Translations under genes and position numbers: made by a program | Notes under the pieces: generated by a model | The model's database searches: none | What the model was told of the DNA's origin: nothing | Seen by the model: the letters and a program-made list of their open reading frames with translations, nothing else | Shown: in pieces, positions 18,575-24,000 of the stretch | Position numbering within the stretch: the first letter of the stretch is position 1 | Layout of the letters: each line of letters opens with the position of its first letter | Assembly: GCF_036639115.1 (NCBI RefSeq) | Contig: NZ_JAVWJH010000002.1 | Location: forward strand, 165,079 to 189,078 | Origin: Peptostreptococcus sp. | GTDB lineage: Bacteria > Bacillota > Clostridia > Peptostreptococcales > Peptostreptococcaceae | Reading direction: 5' to 3' | DNA length: 24,000 bases

Positions 18575-19441
18575 ATGCATATTAATTTTAAATATTTTAT
18601 TGTCTCAATTGGATCTATATTTTTGGCTTTGGGAATAGGTATCTTAGTAGGATCAAGTCTTGGAAATAATGAGACTATTCAAAAGCAAAATGAAGCAATT
18701 GTAAAAGATATTGATGAGCAATTCAATGAATTAAAAACAAAGGACGAACAACTAAGTGAAGAGAATAGTTCTTTAAAGGAAAATATGGGTAAGTATAAAA
18801 AGTATATCGAATCCAATGAAGCTCTATTGACAGCAGGTAAGTTAACAGGAAAGCAAGTAGGAATAATTTCTTTTAGTGAAAAAGATTCTTCGGAAAATTT
18901 AGATTCTGTAATAGCTAATGCGGGTGGAAACGTAGCTTTTGATATAGTTATTAATGAATCATTATTTGAAAAGGGAAGCGCACAAAAGATTAATGAAAAA
19001 CTACAGACAAATATATCTAAAGACTCAGAGTTAATAGACCTTGTTTCAGATGCTATTAAAGAATCAGATTCAAATGGAAGATTAAATGTTCTTTCAGAGT
19101 TGGGTTATGTAAAGGTAGAAAAATATACAAATCAGTTTGATGCAGTAAATAATATAGTAGTATTTAACAATCCAGCCACAAAGATGAAAAATAAGGTAGC
19201 CACACTTGAAAAACCAGTAATAGAAAGTTTAAAAAGTGAAAAACCAGTATTAGTTGTTCAAAACTCTTCTTCAAATAAGGAAAGTCTTAAAGAATTATCA
19301 AAACTAAGAGTAGCTACTATAAATAATATTGATCAATCTATGGGGCATATATCATTAATAACATGTTTGACAAATGATAAAATAATAGGTGATTTTGGAA
19401 AGACTGATGATAATATGGTTACGATACCAGTGACTAAATAA
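18575..19441 (+). CDS. MctB/SteB-family bitopic membrane protein (databases often label this 'copper transporter')
   Basis: 288 aa. N-terminal signal-anchor FKYFIVSIGSIFLALGIGILVGSSL resembles the MctB (Rv1698) N-terminus as I recall it. It is followed by a coiled-coil segment (QKQNEAIVKDIDEQFNELKTKDEQLSEENSSLKENMGKYKKY) and an extracytoplasmic domain. GGAAGG SD. Follows steA. Confidence 0.7.
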   Translation: MHINFKYFIVSIGSIFLALGIGILVGSSLGNNETIQKQNEAIVKDIDEQFNELKTKDEQLSEENSSLKENMGKYKKYIESNEALLTAGKLTGKQVGIISFSEKDSSENLDSVIANAGGNVAFDIVINESLFEKGSAQKINEKLQTNISKDSELIDLVSDAIKESDSNGRLNVLSELGYVKVEKYTNQFDAVNNIVVFNNPATKMKNKVATLEKPVIESLKSEKPVLVVQNSSSNKESLKELSKLRVATINNIDQSMGHISLITCLTNDKIIGDFGKTDDNMVTIPVTK

Positions 19442-19452
19442 TGGAGGAAAAG

Positions 19453-20142
19453 ATGTTTACTAGTGTAATAATACCAGCATATAATGAAGCTGGAAGAATA
19501 AAAGACACCTTGGATCACATAGTCGACATCGATATAATAGATGAAATATTAGTAGTCGATGACGGTTCAAAAGACGATACGGCAAAGGTTTTAGAAGATT
19601 ATAAAAATAGTAAGGTGAAGTATTGGGTACAAAACCCTAATCAAGGAAAAGGAAAAGCTCTTGAAAAGGGTCTTGAAATGCTAGATAAGGATAGTAATAT
19701 AATAGTATTTTTGGATGCTGATATAGGAAAAACATCATCAGAAGTTGTAAAGATTATACAACCTGTAATTGATGGAAAATGTGATGTTGCCATAGCAAAG
19801 TTTAGACCAGCCAAGAAAAAGGGTGGAATGGGATTTGTTAAAAGACTTGCTAGAGATTCTGTATATGAATTAACGGGTGTGAAACTAGACTCAACGCTGT
19901 CAGGTCAAAGAGCTTTTAAAAGAGAAGTAATAGAAAAGTTTGATTCAATACCTGATGGATACGGAGTAGAGGTAGGTATGACAGTTGACATATTGAAGTG
20001 GAACTACACAATAAAAGAGTATATAGTTGATATGACTCACAATGAAACAGGAAGGGACCTAAGTGGATTTATTCATAGAGGTAAACAGTATTTACATATT
20101 AAAAAGATAGTAAAACAGAAAAAACTAGAATGGAGGAGATAA
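19453..20142 (+). CDS. Soluble GT-A fold glycosyltransferase, GpgS-like (GT2/GT81-like)
   Basis: N-terminus FTSVIIPAYNEAGRI, VVDDGSKDDT, GKGKALEKG, DxD motif FLDADI, then GGMGFV..SGQRAF..DGYGVEVGM. No TM segments. ATG 19453 (GGAGG 5 nt upstream) preferred; ATG 19441 overlapping the previous stop is also possible. Confidence 0.8.
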   Translation: MFTSVIIPAYNEAGRIKDTLDHIVDIDIIDEILVVDDGSKDDTAKVLEDYKNSKVKYWVQNPNQGKGKALEKGLEMLDKDSNIIVFLDADIGKTSSEVVKIIQPVIDGKCDVAIAKFRPAKKKGGMGFVKRLARDSVYELTGVKLDSTLSGQRAFKREVIEKFDSIPDGYGVEVGMTVDILKWNYTIKEYIVDMTHNETGRDLSGFIHRGKQYLHIKKIVKQKKLEWRR

Positions 20143-20144
20143 CT

Positions 20145-20972
20145 TTGTACACTTACTTAATGACTTTAATGTTATTTTTTGTAGGAGTAGCAGTAACATT
20201 GTTATCAATACCATTTTTATCTAAAATGTTAAAATCAAATGGAATGATAAGGCCAAACTACAGAGGAGAAAAAATTCCTGTAAGTATGGGAATTTGTTTT
20301 ATACCAGCACTCATAATAAACTCAGCAATATTATTGTATTGTAATGTTGAAGTGACAAGGCTTTTTAGGGTATATATCTTATTATTTGGAGTAATGTCAA
20401 TGTGTTTTGCAGGTATAATAGATGATAGTATAGGAAATAGAGATGTAACAGGTTTAAAAGGTCACTTTAAATCTTTACTTAATGGGAAGTTAACTACTGG
20501 AGGATTCAAAGCACTTTTGGGTGGATTAGTTGGACTGGTAATAACCGTTTCAATATCAAAGTCTATTTCCCATATTATAGTAGGAACTTTAGTAATAGCA
20601 CTTTCTACTAATCTTATGAACCTTTTGGATTTAAGACCAGGTAGAGCGATTAAGGTTTATCTGTTATTATCTATCATAATATTTATATTTAGTCCAGTGT
20701 TTGAAAAAGAGTTAATGATGCTGATTGTACCAGCTGTTATAGCATATTTCTATTATGATTTAAAGGCAATGTCTATGATGGGTGATGCTGGATCAAATGT
20801 ATTAGGGATATCTATAGGTATATTTATGGTTACATCATTTGACCTAAAGGTACAAATATTTTGGTTAGCTATTTTAGTGATAGTACACCTTATAGGGGAA
20901 AAATTCTCTATAACAAAACTTATAGAGAATAACCATATATTAAACTATATTGATAAACTTGGAAGGAATTAA
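20145..20972 (+). CDS. Divergent MraY/WecA-like (glycosyltransferase family 4) polytopic membrane protein
   Basis: About 275 aa with 8 or more hydrophobic segments. Motifs NYRGEKIPVSMGI, AGIIDDSIGNRD, STNLMNLLDLRPGRA and MMGDAGSNVLG parallel the cytoplasmic-loop motifs of polyprenyl-phosphate sugar-1-phosphate transferases. TTG 20145 (GGAGGAG 6 nt upstream) or ATG 20130. Start region overlaps or abuts the GT2 stop. Confidence 0.75.
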   Translation: MYTYLMTLMLFFVGVAVTLLSIPFLSKMLKSNGMIRPNYRGEKIPVSMGICFIPALIINSAILLYCNVEVTRLFRVYILLFGVMSMCFAGIIDDSIGNRDVTGLKGHFKSLLNGKLTTGGFKALLGGLVGLVITVSISKSISHIIVGTLVIALSTNLMNLLDLRPGRAIKVYLLLSIIIFIFSPVFEKELMMLIVPAVIAYFYYDLKAMSMMGDAGSNVLGISIGIFMVTSFDLKVQIFWLAILVIVHLIGEKFSITKLIENNHILNYIDKLGRN

Positions 20973-20973
20973 C

Positions 20974-22053
20974 ATGATTAGTAAAAAATTGGGAATAGTA
21001 AATAAAATCAAAAGTGAGAATGAATCGATACAAGATTTATTGGTTGAAATTGATGGTAATATTGAAAGAGCATATAATTATATTCAATTGACAGGAAAAG
21101 CAAAGATAGGTGATAATCTAGTACTTAATACTACAGCTGTTGAACTTAGTTTGGGAACGGGTGGATTTCACTTTGTAATACTAAATATTGATAATCCGGA
21201 GTCTGAACTTTCAGATGGTGGGCATATAATGAAACTGAGATATACCCCTATGCAGATAAAGGTTGATTCTGTGGAAGAGCAAGATAGTCAATATCATGAT
21301 ATATTCAATGATTTTGTATGTTTGGAAAGGTTACCTGTAGCCGTTGGAGCACTACATAGCATTATTCCACCTTTTGCAGCGACTTTTAAGAAAAATTGTC
21401 CAGAAAAAAAATTGGTATATATAATGACTGATGGTGCAGCATTACCGATAGCTTTTAGTAAAAATGTCGAAAACCTAAAGAAAAAAGGTTTGATAGACGC
21501 TACTATTACTTATGGAAATGCATTTGGCGGAGATTATGAATGTGTAAATATATACACAGCTCTTATCACTGCAAAAGCTATTTGTAAGGCAGATTGCGTA
21601 ATTGTAGCAATGGGACCAGGTATTGCAGGTACAGGTACAAAATATGGGTTTAGTGGTATAGATCAAGGGATGATAATAGATGCTGTGGAAAAGCTAAATG
21701 GAGAATCCTATATAATACCAAGAATTAGCTTTGCAGATTTAAGACCAAGACATATAGGTATATCTCATCATTCAATAACCATTTTGAGTGAAATAACAAG
21801 TAAAGCAAGTAATCTTGTCATAAATTCTGGCTATGATGAATCAAAATTGAAAATAATAAAAGATCAAATACTTTGTAACAGCATTGCAGAAAAACATAAA
21901 GTATTCTTTACAGAGTACGAATCTACAAAAGATGATTTAGATAAGTTTGACCTTAAGGTTAAGAGTATGGGCAGAGGATTTGACGAAGATAAGGAATTTT
22001 TTATTGCAGCATCAACAGTTGCTAATGAAATTTCTAAAAAAATAAATGATTAA
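20974..22053 (+). CDS. Conserved protein of unknown function (DUF3866-like by size and context)
   Basis: About 359-aa soluble ORF. ATG 20974 (GGAAGGA SD) starts 2 nt after the previous stop. N-terminal beta-rich part (LNTTAVELSLGTGGFHFV) and a Rossmann-like part (LVYIMTDGAALP...VIVAMGPGIAGTGTKYGFSG). Coding is clear; the DUF3866 name is my recollection, not a search result. Confidence 0.7.
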   Translation: MISKKLGIVNKIKSENESIQDLLVEIDGNIERAYNYIQLTGKAKIGDNLVLNTTAVELSLGTGGFHFVILNIDNPESELSDGGHIMKLRYTPMQIKVDSVEEQDSQYHDIFNDFVCLERLPVAVGALHSIIPPFAATFKKNCPEKKLVYIMTDGAALPIAFSKNVENLKKKGLIDATITYGNAFGGDYECVNIYTALITAKAICKADCVIVAMGPGIAGTGTKYGFSGIDQGMIIDAVEKLNGESYIIPRISFADLRPRHIGISHHSITILSEITSKASNLVINSGYDESKLKIIKDQILCNSIAEKHKVFFTEYESTKDDLDKFDLKVKSMGRGFDEDKEFFIAASTVANEISKKIND

Positions 22054-22161
22054 TGTACTTAAATAGTAAGAAAGTTTAGATTATAATATAGTGACTAAAA
22101 CACAAAATCTCAAACTAGAAAAAATATAAATGGTGTTAAATTGATAAAGAGGTGTTTTAAT

Positions 22162-22974
22162 ATGTATGATAAAGTTAAAGAAAGTGTTGATTATATAAAG
22201 GGAAAAATACATGAAAAGCCTGAAATCGCTTTGATTTTAGGATCAGGATTGGGAGATTTAGCCGAAGAAATAGTAGACCCAACTGTAATACCCTATAGAG
22301 AAATTCCGAATTTCAAAGTGTCTGAAGTGGCAGGACACAAAAGCCAACTTGTAATTGGTAAACTTTGTAATAAGTGTGTACTAGTGATGCAGGGAAGATT
22401 TCACTATTATGAAGGGTATTCTCAGTCTGAAATAACTTATCCAATAAGAGTATTTAAGGAAATGGGAATAGAAAAATTATTGGTGACCAATGCAGCAGGT
22501 GGGTCAAATAAGAGTTTTAAGGCTGGAGATCTAATGGTTATAAAAGATCATATTAATATGAGTGGTTCAAATCCATTGATAGGACCAAATAATGAAAAAT
22601 TTGGACCTAGATTTCCAGATATGTCTCAAGCCTATTCTAAGTCAGGTGTTGAACTTATTAGAAAGTGTGCGGAAGAACTATCACTAGATCTTAAAGAAGG
22701 TGTGTATATGTTTTTCTCAGGACCAAACTATGAAACTCCAGCAGAGGTAAAAATGGCCTCCATACTGGGGGCAGATGCTGTGGGTATGTCTACTGTACCT
22801 GAAGTTATCGTAGCGAATCATAGTGGTATGGAGGTATTTGGTATATCTTGCATAACAAATATGGCAGCAGGAATATTAGATCAACCTCTAAATCATAAGG
22901 AAGTAATAGAAACTACGACAAGAGTAAAATCAGATTTTTCAGGTTTAGTTAAAAGCTTTATAGAAAAAGTATAG
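22162..22974 (+). CDS. punA: Purine nucleoside phosphorylase, trimeric PNP/PunA type
   Basis: 270 aa. ILGSGLG, GRFHYYEGY, VTNAAGG, GPRFPDMS, GPNYETPAE..GADAVGMSTVPE and NMAAG motifs match inosine/guanosine PNP. ATG 22162 (AGAGGTG 7 nt upstream) preferred over TTG 22141. Confidence 0.93.
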   Translation: MYDKVKESVDYIKGKIHEKPEIALILGSGLGDLAEEIVDPTVIPYREIPNFKVSEVAGHKSQLVIGKLCNKCVLVMQGRFHYYEGYSQSEITYPIRVFKEMGIEKLLVTNAAGGSNKSFKAGDLMVIKDHINMSGSNPLIGPNNEKFGPRFPDMSQAYSKSGVELIRKCAEELSLDLKEGVYMFFSGPNYETPAEVKMASILGADAVGMSTVPEVIVANHSGMEVFGISCITNMAAGILDQPLNHKEVIETTTRVKSDFSGLVKSFIEKV

Positions 22975-22992
22975 TTAGAAAGGAAAGTGCCC

Positions 22993-24000
22993 ATGAGTAG
23001 AAAACAGACACAATCTAAAAAAGTGGTAAGGAAAAGAAAAAAGAAGAAGAAAATAAGAGTTTTTAGACTCTTAATTGTCATATTTGTAGTTCTAGCAATA
23101 ATTGCTGGAATTGGAAATATATATTATAGAAGTGCATCAAAGGCAGTGGATCCAAAATCGAACAAAGAGATAATAGTTGAGATTCCAGAAGGGTCAAGAG
23201 CGAAGGATATTTCTACAATCCTTAGAGATGAAAAGCTAATTAAAAATAAGAGAGTATTTATATCAAATGTAAAAAACTCTAAAAATGCTGAGAAAGTAAA
23301 GGCTGGTAAATATAAGCTTTCTCAGAATATGGACAATAAGATGATAATAGATAAGCTAGTTGCTGGAAAAGTATATCAAGATGGCATAAAAATTACTTTT
23401 CCAGAAGGAAGCGTATCCACTGACATAGTTGACAAATTGGTAAAAAGTGGATTAGGTAAGAGAGAAACATATGTCAAATTATTTAGAAGTCCTAAAGAGT
23501 TTTCAAAAAAATATAACTTTTTATCAAATAACAAAATAACAACACTTGAAGGTTTTCTATATCCTGAAACTTACTTTTTCAAGAAGGGTACTAGTGAAAA
23601 ACAGGTGTTTGAAAAAATGTTGGCAGAATTCGAGAAAAAATATAATAAAAATATAATGCCAATTGTAGAAAAAAATAAGCTTGATTTTTATGATACAGTA
23701 ATAATGGCATCTATTGTAGAAAAAGAAGCTATTAATGATGAAGATAGAGATACAATAGCTGGAGTATTCTACAATAGATTAGATAAGAATATGAAGCTTC
23801 AATCTGATGCGGTACTTCAGTATGGATTACCAGAGCGTAAGAGTAGAGTCTTATACAAAGACCTAGAGGTTGAAACTCCATATAATCTATATATACATGC
23901 TGGACTTCCACCAACTCCAGTGGCAAATCCAGGGATTGAATCTCTTATGGCCGCAGCTAACCCTAAAAAGACAGATTATCTTTACTTTGTAACTGGAACT
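22993..24000 (+). CDS. mltG: Endolytic murein transglycosylase MltG (YceG-like), 3'-truncated by the window edge
   Basis: Not in the ORF track because it runs off the window. My translation from ATG 22993 gives a Lys-rich N-terminus, a TM anchor (LLIVIFVVLAIIAGIG), a LysM-like segment, then LEGFLYPETYFF, ASIVEKEA, GVFYNRL, LQSDAVLQYG and PYNLYIHAGLPPTPVANPG, the hallmarks of YceG/MltG. Open frame of 336 codons to position 24000. Confidence 0.9.
   Translation, partial: MSRKQTQSKKVVRKRKKKKKIRVFRLLIVIFVVLAIIAGIGNIYYRSASKAVDPKSNKEIIVEIPEGSRAKDISTILRDEKLIKNKRVFISNVKNSKNAEKVKAGKYKLSQNMDNKMIIDKLVAGKVYQDGIKITFPEGSVSTDIVDKLVKSGLGKRETYVKLFRSPKEFSKKYNFLSNNKITTLEGFLYPETYFFKKGTSEKQVFEKMLAEFEKKYNKNIMPIVEKNKLDFYDTVIMASIVEKEAINDEDRDTIAGVFYNRLDKNMKLQSDAVLQYGLPERKSRVLYKDLEVETPYNLYIHAGLPPTPVANPGIESLMAAANPKKTDYLYFVTGT

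Noticed and set aside
23028-23056. A-rich run (AAGGAAAAGAAAAAAGAAGAAGAAAATAAGAG) at the 5' end of mltG, considered as a possible slippery or phase-variable tract.
   Set aside because: It is interrupted by G residues, so it is not a true homopolymer. It encodes the Lys/Arg-rich cytoplasmic stretch expected before a signal-anchor.
1-24000. Scan for CRISPR repeats, IS/transposase ends, integrases, toxin-antitoxin or other defence modules, and tRNA/rRNA genes.
   Set aside because: No repeat-spacer periodicity and no terminal inverted repeats flanking ORFs. Every sizeable ORF is explained by a housekeeping or envelope function. Intergenic gaps are too short or AT-rich for structured RNA genes other than the T-box.

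Overview
Low-GC, Firmicutes-type chromosomal core region (Clostridia/Tissierellia-like by gene content and AT-rich codon usage; taxon not provable from sequence alone). All 24 supported genes lie on the + strand, closely packed, with several overlapping stop/start junctions (TAATG at 11505-11509, 14780-14784 and 19439-19443). Gene order: der-plsY-gpsA | ylmE(yggS)-sepF-ylmG(yggT)-ylmH-divIVA | Ile T-box leader-ileS | xseA-xseB-ispA-divergent PAP2-dxs-tlyA-recN | steA-like, MctB/SteB-like, GpgS-like GT2, divergent MraY/WecA-like membrane transferase, DUF3866-like | punA-mltG (3' partial). I saw no tRNA/rRNA genes, CRISPR arrays, transposases, integrases or recognisable defence genes. Every minus-strand ORF in the track looks like a shadow ORF of a real + strand gene. 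The best-supported regulatory element is an Ile-specific T-box riboswitch (specifier ATC) with its own sigma-A-like promoter and intrinsic terminator ahead of ileS. The part most worth follow-up is the tightly coupled five-gene module directly after recN (17396-22053). It joins two actinobacterial-type cell-separation factors (SteA and an MctB/SteB-like bitopic protein) to two sugar-transferase-like proteins and a protein of unknown function. As far as I know, this combination has no assigned pathway. All family assignments come from motif reading and memory, not database searches.
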